Source: an uncultured Thiomicrospira sp. (GTDB taxonomy: Bacteria; Pseudomonadota; Gammaproteobacteria; CAKMZV01). Taken from it: DNA of 64,000 nucleotides. Made by a program: the position numbers and the translations under genes. The first letter of the stretch is position 1. Each line of letters opens with the position of its first letter. Shown here piece by piece: positions 38,820 to 49,379 of the stretch. The notes under the pieces are model-generated. The model did not search any database and was not told the origin of the DNA. It saw only the letters and a list, made by a program, of their open reading frames with translations. The stretch lies in NCBI GenBank assembly GCA_965195345.1, contig OZ239628.1, forward strand, positions 384,001-448,000, written 5' to 3'.

Positions 38820-39150
38820 AAGCTATCACCTAGTTTGATCTAAACAAAGCATTCGATTATTGTTGCATTAGTGTGACATAAACAACGATTACATCTATCT
38901 TTGCTTATTGCTTGAGGAAACGTTTGTTCACGCAATAAACTTTTAAGGGTAAAAGTTGGCAACCTTCTCCTAACCTCCTTCCTAACTTGGTACCATTACC
39001 AAGATGAAATGTCAGTTATTTTGTTCCGTGCACGCTTGCTTTTCATTGCTATCGTTCGCGAGGTAACGATACAGTGCATACAAGAATCATTCGTCAAAAA
39101 ATCATTTGCTATTGTAAAATGGTTTCTTAGAGAAACGTTTTTAACTAAGC
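38820..39150. ncRNA. Candidate structured non-coding RNA (unassigned)
   Basis: Run of about 6 adjacent hairpins in a ~500-bp gap with no convincing ORF. Confidence 0.3.
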
Positions 39151-39322
39151 GTTCACAAATCGCTTATATTTCTATGAGTGGGCGTAATGACTTTGGTTGG
39201 GCTTGCTATAACAATCAAGCGTCGATGGACGCGGGTTGTCTGTTGCAAAGGATCAAGCAAGTTTCTTTGCGAATACTACAGTAATACATCAAACCTATGA
39301 GAATAATGCAGGAGTGTACAAA

Positions 39323-40174
39323 GTGAAGAAAATAATTACCCTTTTGTTGATTGTTATGACAACAGGAGCCTTTGCAGATTCAGTTAAAACAACGTTTAGA
39401 GACCTAAAGCTAAACGGAGAATTAGTGCAAGCTGATGGAGAAAGTCTTGAGGGCAGTGATGTCGTCCTCATACTGCATGGGACATTAGGGCATAGCAAAA
39501 TGGAAGTGATTGAAACGATTCAAGACTTGTTCGCTGAAGAGGGTATGAATTCTTTGGCAATTACTTTGTCCTTGTCAAAAAATGATCGCACTGGTTTTTT
39601 CTCATGCGAACAAGCTCATTATCATCAACATGAGACGGCAGCTCTAGAGATCGCTCATTGGGTTGAGTGGTTGAAATTGCACAAAGTGAAACGGATTCAT
39701 TTGTTGGGGCATTCACGTGGAGGCAATCAAATAATAAACTACTATGGTAATAATACTAAGCACAATGGCCATGTTGCAACACTTGCCCCTATGATGGATT
39801 CTGGTAAACGAAGCCCAGCGATTGAAAATAAGCTTAAAATCGCAGAGGAAAAAATCGAAGACGGAAACCCAAATGCGCTTTTCGATACGGATGCGTTTTT
39901 GCATTGTGAAGATTCCAGAGTCTCTGCAAAAAGTTTGGTGTCTTACTACGGGCGCGATCTCCTAAAAGACACGCCGTTAGCGCTTGGGGAAATTAAAAAT
40001 CCCACGCTTGTAATTACTGGTAGTAGCGATGAAGTCGTTCCTGGATTAAAAGAAAGAATGACGCTTAAAGCACCACTTCATAAAACAATTGTGATAGATG
40101 GTGCCGGTCATTTTTTCAGAGATCTATACGCAGAAGAAGTTGTTGAAAATCTTATGGATTGGTATTCTCAATAG
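39323..40174 (+). CDS. Secreted alpha/beta hydrolase
   Basis: GTG start with GGAG RBS, signal peptide (GAFA), HG oxyanion motif, GHSRGG nucleophile, D(EVVP) and GAGHFF. Confidence 0.8.
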   Translation: MKKIITLLLIVMTTGAFADSVKTTFRDLKLNGELVQADGESLEGSDVVLILHGTLGHSKMEVIETIQDLFAEEGMNSLAITLSLSKNDRTGFFSCEQAHYHQHETAALEIAHWVEWLKLHKVKRIHLLGHSRGGNQIINYYGNNTKHNGHVATLAPMMDSGKRSPAIENKLKIAEEKIEDGNPNALFDTDAFLHCEDSRVSAKSLVSYYGRDLLKDTPLALGEIKNPTLVITGSSDEVVPGLKERMTLKAPLHKTIVIDGAGHFFRDLYAEEVVENLMDWYSQ

Positions 40175-40195
40175 GGATTAAGACAACTTTATGAT

Positions 40196-43105
40196 GTGCT
40201 AATGAAAGTTCACTTTTCAAATTGTCCAAGTACCTTCCCAGCAATTATTGCTCAAGAATTAAGTGGAAATTCAAAGAAACCGCTCACACCGCTTCATTTT
40301 GTAGTTGAGGATTTTGCCACTGAGCAATGGCTGATTGAGGCATTGAGTCAATCCTTAAATACGATCGCAAATACTCGTATGCGTTATTGGAGAACGCTTT
40401 CTGGGGAATTAGCAGAACTCATGCAGATAGCTCCTACGCATTCTTTTGAAAAACGCAAACTTGCATGGAGGATTTATGACCTGCTGGTTGATCAGAAGGA
40501 AGTAAAACCTTATTGGCATGATCAAGCAAGCAGCGAAATTAAACGTTGGGGTTTAGCAAAAAAAATCAGTATCCTTTTTCAAGATTATCAAACGTACAGA
40601 GTAGATTGGCTGAAGCGTTGGGAGAGGGGCGAATTGCTGGGGCTTGGTAAGGAAGAAATTTGGCAAAGTAAATTGTGGCAACGCTTAGCAATCGACACAA
40701 AGGATGACAATATTCCTATATTTAAGCAGCACGAAGAAATACTTAATACTGCAATGCAAAAAAGAAGCGAAATGCGCAGATTATTTGAAAATCATTTTGG
40801 AGAGCGTTTTTTTGTAATAATCACACCAGAAATGCTTCCGATTTGTAACATATTACAGGCAGTCGATACATTTGTTGATGTGCATGTATTTTGGTTGAAT
40901 CCTTGTAAAGAGTATTGGGGAGATTCGCCAAGGTGGTGGTTAGAGAAGAGTTTGGGTTTGGAAAGTAAAACGCAATTACCCCCCCCAGAGTGCAATCCTT
41001 TGCTTGCTAACTGGGGGCAACAATCGGCTCGCCTGCTGGATCGATTGATTGGAATGACTGATTCAATTGAAGAATATTATCGAACACTCGATGACAGCAA
41101 ACAATTAGGTTATTTAAAACATACGCTACTGGAAGATAGTCCTTTGCAGATTGAGTACGTTGATGATTCCTTGCAAATAATTGAAACCGATTCAATTGTC
41201 AATGAAATTGAGCTGGCGCGACAAAAAATAGAAATTGAGCTTGCTGAAGACCCCTCCATAGCCTTGCACGAATGCACCGTTGCACTGGCTAACTATGAAG
41301 AATATGCTCCATTCATTTCAGCAGTTTTTCATGATGTCCCCCACAGCACTGTACACAACTCACTTGATGAAGTATCTGTTGCACTTCTTCAACTATTGGA
41401 TTTTATGGTTTCGCCTGTTCAACTTTTATGGAAATGGCAAGTGTTTTTGAAATCGGATTCGGTTTTAGAAAAACTAAACGAAAATTTAAGAGAAACAGAG
41501 TCATTTACACCTAAACACATAGATGATATTTGTGAAGCGTTGTTTCAAATTGGCGTCCGTGAAGGGCCTTTAACTGGAAAGGATGGGTTGAGTGGTCTTG
41601 ATTGGGATAATGCATTTTCTGTCCTTACTTCGAGTATTTTAAAAGGAGATGATTTAGATTCGGGGAAACGATTGTCAGGTTTAGTATCTTTAAAAAAGAT
41701 ACCGTTGTTGCGCTCGATATTCGCCTATATAGAAAAATTACGTACGCATTACGGTCAATTCAATCAAATACGAGATGCAGCCCATTGGAATCAATACCTT
41801 ACACAAGTTAGCCAAGATGCTTTTTCAGGCAAAATGAATGGTCTAAGTTTATTATTGGGGAAATGGCAATCAGAAAGCACAAGTAATCATATTCATTGGG
41901 AAGTAGCTGTGCAAAGTTTGCAGGATTATGCACTACGCGATAAACTTAGTGCTTCTCCACGCAATAATGGTGGAATTCGCTGTGCGCCGTTAAGTATGGC
42001 GCATGCTATCCCTAGCAAAATAATGGTGGTTTTAGGAGCAAAAAATGTTGATAAAAGCATATGGGGTGAAGTGGACCTTATGCAAAAAAATCCTAGAATT
42101 GACGACAGCACGCTTATGGGGACGTTAACCAAACAACTCATTAATACCATTCTTGTTGCGCAAAAAAAATTGATTTTTATCCGAAGCCGTAATCACCAAA
42201 GCAGTTTGCTCATGCCAATTGAGCAGTTAGTGGGGAAAATAAATAAATGCCCTGAAAAAAGAAAGCTCGCATCAGAATATTTAGAAACTGATTGTGCAAT
42301 AACGCCCAGAGTTAAGAAAATCCTAAAAATTAATAGAATGTTTCATGTTGATAAGCTCGTTCAGTTTATGCAGAACCCATTAAGAGCTTATTTAAGTCAT
42401 CAAGGGATAAGAGATATTTACTCTACGCCGAAAGAAGTTGATAGAACTAAATGGGAAAAGGATGAATCTAAGTCGGCTGAATTGATGCGTGTTCATGATC
42501 TGCTTATGCACAGCCCTAATAAAGCATTAGAAATTAGAGCTAAGGAGCAACTTGTTCCTGATGTTGAAGTTTTAAAAAAGATATTTCATAATATGGAGCA
42601 ATGGTTGAAGAGTCGCACCAACATGCAAACAACCCCTTTGCAGAAAGTTCGCTTAAGTGATTGGTGTTGTTATGGGAGTGATTTTTGTGAGGATAGTGAA
42701 AGTTATTGGCTAATAACTGGCGCTACTGATCTGGAAGCATACATAAAAACGAAGGCAGATGTATGGCATAATTTTTTGTGCGCAACAGGTGAAGAAAAAC
42801 CTATGGGAGTGGTTCTGCTTAGGGAGAAAAACAAGAAAACAATAGTGTTTGACTCCATTGATTGCAAGGATGCCAAGCAGACGTTGCAAGAAATGTGCGA
42901 AAAGTGGCAAAATGGATTAAATACTCCTTGGCACTTCTACCCCAAAGCATACCATAAAAAACAGAGAAAAGAAGAGAGGCAGCAAGGCGATTTTGAGCGT
43001 GCAGTAATAAATGCATTGTATGGAGAAAAAGGTGATATGCACGATTTCAGTATCAAGCAACTGAGCAAGGACAGGACGATAGCTGACATTCTTGCAGATA
43101 TTTGA
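40196..43105 (+). CDS. recC: Exodeoxyribonuclease V gamma subunit (RecC-like), divergent
   Basis: QWL...LSQ...IAN, LFQDYQTYR.DW, WQ..LW, NPCKEYWGD, NPLLANWG and F..NPLRAYL motifs. Confidence 0.78.
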   Translation: MLMKVHFSNCPSTFPAIIAQELSGNSKKPLTPLHFVVEDFATEQWLIEALSQSLNTIANTRMRYWRTLSGELAELMQIAPTHSFEKRKLAWRIYDLLVDQKEVKPYWHDQASSEIKRWGLAKKISILFQDYQTYRVDWLKRWERGELLGLGKEEIWQSKLWQRLAIDTKDDNIPIFKQHEEILNTAMQKRSEMRRLFENHFGERFFVIITPEMLPICNILQAVDTFVDVHVFWLNPCKEYWGDSPRWWLEKSLGLESKTQLPPPECNPLLANWGQQSARLLDRLIGMTDSIEEYYRTLDDSKQLGYLKHTLLEDSPLQIEYVDDSLQIIETDSIVNEIELARQKIEIELAEDPSIALHECTVALANYEEYAPFISAVFHDVPHSTVHNSLDEVSVALLQLLDFMVSPVQLLWKWQVFLKSDSVLEKLNENLRETESFTPKHIDDICEALFQIGVREGPLTGKDGLSGLDWDNAFSVLTSSILKGDDLDSGKRLSGLVSLKKIPLLRSIFAYIEKLRTHYGQFNQIRDAAHWNQYLTQVSQDAFSGKMNGLSLLLGKWQSESTSNHIHWEVAVQSLQDYALRDKLSASPRNNGGIRCAPLSMAHAIPSKIMVVLGAKNVDKSIWGEVDLMQKNPRIDDSTLMGTLTKQLINTILVAQKKLIFIRSRNHQSSLLMPIEQLVGKINKCPEKRKLASEYLETDCAITPRVKKILKINRMFHVDKLVQFMQNPLRAYLSHQGIRDIYSTPKEVDRTKWEKDESKSAELMRVHDLLMHSPNKALEIRAKEQLVPDVEVLKKIFHNMEQWLKSRTNMQTTPLQKVRLSDWCCYGSDFCEDSESYWLITGATDLEAYIKTKADVWHNFLCATGEEKPMGVVLLREKNKKTIVFDSIDCKDAKQTLQEMCEKWQNGLNTPWHFYPKAYHKKQRKEERQQGDFERAVINALYGEKGDMHDFSIKQLSKDRTIADILADI

Positions 43106-43110
43106 CCGCT

Positions 43111-43596
43111 CTAAAGATGCGAAATGGGCAGTGCGGTTGTGTCTTTAGAGCGCTCGAGAACCATGGTTGCAGAAACCAATTTGATGCATAGTAATCCAGC
43201 AAGTTTGTGGTAGAAAATATCGTAGCCCTTCTTGTCTTTAAAAACAGCATGTATCACAAAATCGGTTGCGCCCATTGTGCGAAAACAAGTTAGCACATTT
43301 TCTGAAGATTGGGCGAATGCGTTTATTTGATCAATGTATTCAATACTGTGTTCTTTAAGCGTAAGCGAAATGAGAACTTCAATTTCAAGCTCTAGCTTTT
43401 CCCATGAAAGCAAAGCAACTTCTGACGCTATATAACTGCCATCCTCCAAATTCTTAATACGTTTCCAAACCGCAGCCGTAGATAAATTAAGATGCTGTGC
43501 TAATTTGGCAGTAGACTGGGCGCTGTTTTTTTGCAGATGCTCCAGTATCTTTTTATCAAAATCATCGATTTTTTTCTGGGAATTTTTTTTCGTCAT
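43111..43596 (-). CDS. Lrp/AsnC family transcriptional regulator
   Basis: DDFDKKIL..LQ.N, LA..LNLS..AVWKRIKNLE..YI HTH, RAM domain and C-terminal K.TTALP. Confidence 0.92.
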   Translation of the reverse strand: MTKKNSQKKIDDFDKKILEHLQKNSAQSTAKLAQHLNLSTAAVWKRIKNLEDGSYIASEVALLSWEKLELEIEVLISLTLKEHSIEYIDQINAFAQSSENVLTCFRTMGATDFVIHAVFKDKKGYDIFYHKLAGLLCIKLVSATMVLERSKDTTALPISHL

Positions 43597-43742
43597 TTAA
43601 GGCATTTGGTAAATCAATCATCGAATAAGTCGATGAAAAAGGAAAAATATTTTTATTTTCATGATTATATTTCAATTAGTATTGTAATCGTGTTTAATGC
43701 GATTTTTTCAAATGGATAACATTATTTTAAAAGGAGCTTGTT

Positions 43743-44375
43743 ATGAGTTTACAGTTAGGAGACGTAGTTCCTGATTTTAGTCAGGATTCATCTGAGGGGA
43801 CGATTGATTTTCACGAATGGCTTGGGGATAGTTGGGGTGTTTTATTTTCACATCCTAAAGATTTTACTCCAGTATGCACCACCGAATTGGCAAGGGCAGC
43901 ATATCTGAAGCCAGAGTTTGATAAACGAAATGCCAAAATTATTGGAGTTTCGGTCGATTCAACAAAGAATCATCAACAATGGTTTGAAGACATTGCGGAC
44001 ACTCAAAATCAAAAAATGAATTTCCCAGTACTGGCGGATCATGATCGTAGAGTGGCAAATGCTTACGGTATGATTCACCCGAATGTCGATGATACGTTCA
44101 CTGTACGAACAGTATTTGTTATTGATCACAATAAAAAATTGCGATTGACCTTCACATATCCGCCAAGCACAGGGCGTAATTTTGATGAAATATTGCGTGC
44201 CATTGACAGTTTGCAGCTTACTGACAACTATAAAGTAGCGACTCCAGTCGATTGGCAACAAGGCGATGATGTCATCATCTTACCTTCCGTAAACAGTGAA
44301 GATGCACAGAAATTATTTCCACAAGGGTGGGATGAAAAGCGTCCTTATTTACGTCTTGTTAAGCAACCGTCTTAA
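43743..44375 (+). CDS. 1-Cys peroxiredoxin (Prx6/LsfA-like)
   Basis: FSHPKDFTPVCTTE, TGRNFDEILR.IDSLQLT and ATPVDW motifs. Confidence 0.95.
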   Translation: MSLQLGDVVPDFSQDSSEGTIDFHEWLGDSWGVLFSHPKDFTPVCTTELARAAYLKPEFDKRNAKIIGVSVDSTKNHQQWFEDIADTQNQKMNFPVLADHDRRVANAYGMIHPNVDDTFTVRTVFVIDHNKKLRLTFTYPPSTGRNFDEILRAIDSLQLTDNYKVATPVDWQQGDDVIILPSVNSEDAQKLFPQGWDEKRPYLRLVKQPS

Positions 44376-44394
44376 CTATCTGAGCAATAAATAG

Positions 44395-46134
44395 ATGTCT
44401 GAATATCAAGCAATAATTCAACGGGTTGTTGTCCTTGAACGCGATAATTTGTTACGACTGAGTGGTTTTTTGGAAGGACTTCTGTCAAGTAACACTCCAT
44501 CAATTGCGGGATTAGAGGCTGCGGCGTTATCGACAGAACAGACGCAAAAGCTGGTTATAGTCTATGCAAGTCAATCGGGCAATGCGCAAGAAGTTGCAGA
44601 GAAGGTGGGCGCAGATTTTAGTGGCAAAAATACTTCAGTGGAGTTATTAAATATTTCAGAAGTTCGACTAAAGAAAATGTCTGCATGGACCCATGCGTTG
44701 TTTATCGTAAGCACGCATGGTGAAGGCGAACCTCCTGATTCAGCACTTGCCTTCTTTGATCAAATGAACGGAAAGCGCGCTCCAGATGTTGCTAATTTAC
44801 ATTATGCGGTGATTGCTCTTGGAGATAAAAGTTACGATCAGTTTTGCTCTTTTGGTGTTTGGATCGATGAACGGTTTCATGCACTCGGGGCGACTCGTTT
44901 GCATCCTCGTATTGATTGTGATGTTGACTATCAAGAGGCAGTAGATGGTTGGTTGCAAGAGTTCGAAGGCCATCTTAATAAAAACAAAACCGCTCATGCT
45001 TCTACAACAATGCCCGTAAAAAGTGGGGTGGTTGTCGATGCCAATTCTCCTGTTGTCTGCGAGGTTATTAGCTGTATCAACCTATGCACTGATGAGGCGG
45101 ATAAAAAAGTTTTCCACGCTGAGCTTGAAGCTCCGGGTTTAGTGTACAAGCCAGGTGATAGTCTGGGAGTATTGGTTGAGAATCCGCCAGAATTGGTTGA
45201 GCAATTATTAGATATTACTAAGTTTGATGCGAAAGCCATTGTTCAACTTGGTCAGAATCAGGGCGAATTGGTAGATATTCTTACGCATCATGCGGAGCTA
45301 TATCGTTTGACAGAACGTCAACTGACCAATTTGGTAAAACAATATCCGCAAGATTTTTTAAGTGAACAATTGGAAGATGCGACTATACGGTCCGATTTTA
45401 TTTTCACAAATGATTGGTTATCGTTGCTGCAAGTATATGGACATTCTCCATTTCCCAATGCCCAACAGTTTGTAGATGCATTGCAAGCACAGTCAAGACG
45501 TCTATACTCCATTAGTTCAAGCCCTGCGATGCATGAGGATGAAGTTCACCTAACAGTACGCTTGCGTGAGTTTGGCGAAGATCATCGATTTGGATTGATT
45601 TCTGGAAGCATTGCTCGTTGGAAAGAGGGAGATAAGGCACGCGTGTATTTGAAGGCGAATCGAAATTTTCGTTTGCCAACAGACACCGCATTACCAATTG
45701 TTATGATTGGTGCTGGTACAGGATTGGCACCGTTTCGTAGTTTTCTTTTTGAACGCCAAGAGCTCGGGTTGAAATCGCCTTCGTGGTTGTTTTTTGGTGA
45801 GCAACATTTCAGAAGTAGTTTCTTGTATCAAAGCGAATGGTTGAAGCTTCTTGAAAAAGGTGGATTGAGTAAATTGACAACTGCCTTTTCGAGGGATGGC
45901 GAGTCATCGAGCTATGTGCAAGATCGAGTGGTTGAAAATGGAGAAGAGTTATTTGATTGGATCAAGCAAGGTTCGGTAATTTATGTTTGTGGTAGCGCAG
46001 ATGGGATGGCACCTATGGTGCATCAAGCACTAATGCAAGTGCTACAAAAATGGGGCGGAGTAAGTCAGGAAGAAGCAACGCAGCGTTTGCAAATGATGTT
46101 AGCGGAAGGACAGTACAAGAGAGATGTGTATTAA
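44395..46134 (+). CDS. cysJ: Sulfite reductase (NADPH) flavoprotein subunit
   Basis: YASQSGNA flavodoxin motif, STHGEGEPP, RLYSISS, MIGAGTGLAPFR and C-terminal YKRDVY. Confidence 0.93.
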   Translation: MSEYQAIIQRVVVLERDNLLRLSGFLEGLLSSNTPSIAGLEAAALSTEQTQKLVIVYASQSGNAQEVAEKVGADFSGKNTSVELLNISEVRLKKMSAWTHALFIVSTHGEGEPPDSALAFFDQMNGKRAPDVANLHYAVIALGDKSYDQFCSFGVWIDERFHALGATRLHPRIDCDVDYQEAVDGWLQEFEGHLNKNKTAHASTTMPVKSGVVVDANSPVVCEVISCINLCTDEADKKVFHAELEAPGLVYKPGDSLGVLVENPPELVEQLLDITKFDAKAIVQLGQNQGELVDILTHHAELYRLTERQLTNLVKQYPQDFLSEQLEDATIRSDFIFTNDWLSLLQVYGHSPFPNAQQFVDALQAQSRRLYSISSSPAMHEDEVHLTVRLREFGEDHRFGLISGSIARWKEGDKARVYLKANRNFRLPTDTALPIVMIGAGTGLAPFRSFLFERQELGLKSPSWLFFGEQHFRSSFLYQSEWLKLLEKGGLSKLTTAFSRDGESSSYVQDRVVENGEELFDWIKQGSVIYVCGSADGMAPMVHQALMQVLQKWGGVSQEEATQRLQMMLAEGQYKRDVY

Positions 46135-46137
46135 ACT

Positions 46138-47904
46138 ATGAATCATTCATCAGAACAGGACAAGAAAAAATTAACGTTAAATCAATTGGTTGAGAATCCA
46201 AGTGAGAACGAGAAAATCAAGGATAAAAGTAATTATCTGCGAGGAACTATTGTTGAAGATTTGGCAGTGGGAGTGAGTGCCAATATCTCTGCAGATAATG
46301 CACAACTAACTAAGTTTCATGGTACATATATTCAAGATGATCGTGATCAGCGGTTGATTAGACAACAGAAAAAACTCGAACCAGCGTGGTCTTTCATGAC
46401 ACGAGTTCGCATTCCAGGAGGCGTTTTATCTGCTAAACAATGGGTGGCAACGGATGATATAGCGGATAAATGGGCGAATGGGCGAATAAAGTTAACCACT
46501 CGCCAAGCCGTTCAGTTTCATGGCATTATTAAGTTTGACTTGAAAAAATCAATGCAAGATTTGCATGCCGCAAGCATGGATTCGATTGCCGCTTGTGGCG
46601 ATGTTAATCGAAATGTTATGTGTTCTTCGCTTCCAGATGAACATTCCATTCATGCGCAGACGTTACCTTGGGCAGACGCCATCAGCGCTCATCTTTTACC
46701 GCAAACATCCGCTTGGTATGATATATGGATTGATGGTGCGAAGCAGGAACAAGCATCGTTAGAGAGTGAAAGTGTTGAACCAACATCTGAACCAATATAC
46801 GGCAAGCACTACTTACCGCGTAAATTCAAAATAGCTATTGCTATTCCACCCTTTAATGATACGGATATTTATTCCAATGACATTGGATTGGTGGCAATAG
46901 GCAATAAAGGTAAATTAGCAGGCTTTAATGTCTTTGCTGGTGGCGGGCTTGGCACAACTCATGCGGATGACAGCACTTATGCACGACTTGCCTCAGCGAT
47001 GGGTTTTTGCAAACCAGATCAAGTTTTGAAAGTATGTGAAAACATCATGACTATACAGCGTGATTACGGCAATCGTAGTGTGCGCAAGAATGCTCGTTTG
47101 AAATACACCATTGATAAATTGGGCGTGGAGTGGTTTAAGGAAGAACTTCAAAAACGCTGTGGCTTTTCTCTAACTGGGATTAAACCTTTTGTATTCGAGC
47201 ACAATGGCGACCATTATGGTTGGAGTACAGATGCGCAAGGGTTAGGTTATCTTCTATTACATATAGAGCATGGACGAGTTTATGATACAGGCACTTCTCA
47301 AGTGAAGAAAGCCTTGCGCGAGATTGCAGATAAGGGGATTTGTGACTTTAGGCTAACAGGCAATCAGAACCTCATATTGGGAGGAATTCAACCAAAGCAT
47401 AAAGCAAAAGTTAGCGCTGTTTTAGCCAAATATAAAGTCAACGAGAATGCAAATGACATCAGTGCTATGCGCCGCCATGCCATCGCTTGCGTTGCGCTAC
47501 CAACGTGCGCATTAGCAATGGCAGAAGCACAGCGCTACTTGCCTGAGTTGATTGGAAAAATCGAGCCTATATTATCGAAATACGAGTTATTACAAGATGA
47601 CATCAATATTCGTATGACGGGCTGTCCAAATGGGTGCGCTCGCCCTTGGCTTGGAGAAATAGCATTTATTGGTAAATCATTGAATCGCTACAATATGTAT
47701 TTAGGTGCTGCATTTGATGGCTCACGTATGAACGCCCTATATCGAGAAAACATCGATGAAACAATGATCTTAGATGAATTAGAGAGCTTGATTGAGCAGT
47801 TTGCTAAAAAGCGGCGAGCAGGGGAGCATTTTGGTGATTTTGCTATTCGTGAGAAATGGGTAGACCCCTCGTTAGCAGGCAGAACAATCATTCCTTTGGT
47901 ATAG
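46138..47904 (+). CDS. cysI: Sulfite reductase hemoprotein subunit
   Basis: SNYLRGTI, KFHG.Y.QDDRD, YLPRKFK, CVALPTC and RMTGCPNGC siroheme/Fe-S ligands. Confidence 0.96.
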   Translation: MNHSSEQDKKKLTLNQLVENPSENEKIKDKSNYLRGTIVEDLAVGVSANISADNAQLTKFHGTYIQDDRDQRLIRQQKKLEPAWSFMTRVRIPGGVLSAKQWVATDDIADKWANGRIKLTTRQAVQFHGIIKFDLKKSMQDLHAASMDSIAACGDVNRNVMCSSLPDEHSIHAQTLPWADAISAHLLPQTSAWYDIWIDGAKQEQASLESESVEPTSEPIYGKHYLPRKFKIAIAIPPFNDTDIYSNDIGLVAIGNKGKLAGFNVFAGGGLGTTHADDSTYARLASAMGFCKPDQVLKVCENIMTIQRDYGNRSVRKNARLKYTIDKLGVEWFKEELQKRCGFSLTGIKPFVFEHNGDHYGWSTDAQGLGYLLLHIEHGRVYDTGTSQVKKALREIADKGICDFRLTGNQNLILGGIQPKHKAKVSAVLAKYKVNENANDISAMRRHAIACVALPTCALAMAEAQRYLPELIGKIEPILSKYELLQDDINIRMTGCPNGCARPWLGEIAFIGKSLNRYNMYLGAAFDGSRMNALYRENIDETMILDELESLIEQFAKKRRAGEHFGDFAIREKWVDPSLAGRTIIPLV

Positions 47905-47911
47905 CTCAATA

Positions 47912-49282
47912 ATGCGCTACTTTCCTTTTTTCTTTAAATTAGATGCGCTTTCTCTTTTAGTCGTCGGGGGCGGTGATATTGCATTATCAAAGGTACGCCT
48001 GCTGCTCAAATCTAAGGCAAATATATTATTAATAGCCCCGAAAATCAGAGAGGATTTGCAAACGCTTTTAAAAGATAAGGGTGCCTCATTTGAACAGCGC
48101 ACCGTATGTGAGGAGGATATTCGTTGTGCCAATCTTATTATTTGTGCGACTGACGATGCAACTATCAATGACGAAGTGTATCGATGGGCGAAACACCACC
48201 ACAAGCTTATCAATGTAGTAGACAGTATCCCACATTGTGATTTTATTTTTCCAGCACTTGTAGAGCGAGGGGAGTTAACCGTAGCAATTTCTACGGGTGG
48301 TGTTGCGCCTGTGTTTGCTAATTGGTTGCGTACCCGTATTGAACAGTCTTTGCCTAAAAATGCCGAAATTGTATTAGAGGTTTTACAAAAATTGAGACAG
48401 CGGATCAAAAGCGCTATCCCAAATGTGCGAAGCAGACGTACATTCTATGCCCAAACAATTGAAGGTGGTTTGTTGGCTAATAATAAGGTTGAATTTGCAG
48501 CACAAGTTGAGCAACGACTAAGCCCTTTTGATGCTTCACAAAAAGACCATGTTGTAAAAACCCAAAAAGGGAAAGTGTTCTTAGTCGGAGCAGGGCCGGG
48601 AGATCCAGAGCTGTTGACTTTAAGAGCGCATCGTGTTCTTCAGCAAGCTGACGTTATCCTTTATGACCGCTTAGTGGGTGAAGCCGTTTTAGACCTTTCG
48701 AGACGTGAAGCAAAACGAGTGTTTGTTGGGAAAGCGCGTAGCAATCATTATAAAAAGCAAGAAGAAATCAATCAACTATTGGTTGATTATGCAAACAAAG
48801 GCGATATGGTGGTGCGCCTTAAGGGAGGGGATCCATTTATTTTTGGGAGAGGGGGAGAAGAGTTGCATCAGCTTAATCAACATGGCATAGACGTTGAAGT
48901 AATACCTGGAATTAGTGCGGCGAACGGATGTGCTGCACGCTTTAAAATACCCCTAACGTTGCGTGGAGTATCTGATAGGCTGACATATTTAACGACCTTT
49001 GATGATGGTTTAGATGATTTAGACTGGCAACAGTTGGCACGATGCACTCACACATTAGCACTCTATATGAGCCTTGCAACTCTCCCAAAAGTATGTCAAA
49101 AATTGATCGAATTCGGTGCTTCTTTAGATCATCCGTTGGCGATTATTGAGAAAGGGACACTTGAAAATGAAAGAATTCACTACAGCAACCTTTCCGATAT
49201 TGCCACAAATGGCACCAAAAATTTTCAATCCCCAGCATTAACAATCATAGGATTAGTTGCCACTAATAAATTCATCGTTTAG
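47912..49282 (+). CDS. cysG: Siroheme synthase
   Basis: VVGGG dehydrogenase domain plus LVGAGPGDPELLT and RLKGGDPFIFGRGGEE methyltransferase motifs. Confidence 0.95.
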   Translation: MRYFPFFFKLDALSLLVVGGGDIALSKVRLLLKSKANILLIAPKIREDLQTLLKDKGASFEQRTVCEEDIRCANLIICATDDATINDEVYRWAKHHHKLINVVDSIPHCDFIFPALVERGELTVAISTGGVAPVFANWLRTRIEQSLPKNAEIVLEVLQKLRQRIKSAIPNVRSRRTFYAQTIEGGLLANNKVEFAAQVEQRLSPFDASQKDHVVKTQKGKVFLVGAGPGDPELLTLRAHRVLQQADVILYDRLVGEAVLDLSRREAKRVFVGKARSNHYKKQEEINQLLVDYANKGDMVVRLKGGDPFIFGRGGEELHQLNQHGIDVEVIPGISAANGCAARFKIPLTLRGVSDRLTYLTTFDDGLDDLDWQQLARCTHTLALYMSLATLPKVCQKLIEFGASLDHPLAIIEKGTLENERIHYSNLSDIATNGTKNFQSPALTIIGLVATNKFIV

Positions 49283-49379
49283 TCACAAAAAAAACCGTTA
49301 TAACATGCTTTATATGTATGGCATGTTAAGCTATGTATGATGCAACATCATATCCCCACTAGCTACTCAAGAGGACGCA

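Noticed and set aside
39009-39284. 91-aa plus-strand ORF
   Set aside because: No recognisable motif or RBS, and it overlaps the hairpin-rich region; probably not coding.
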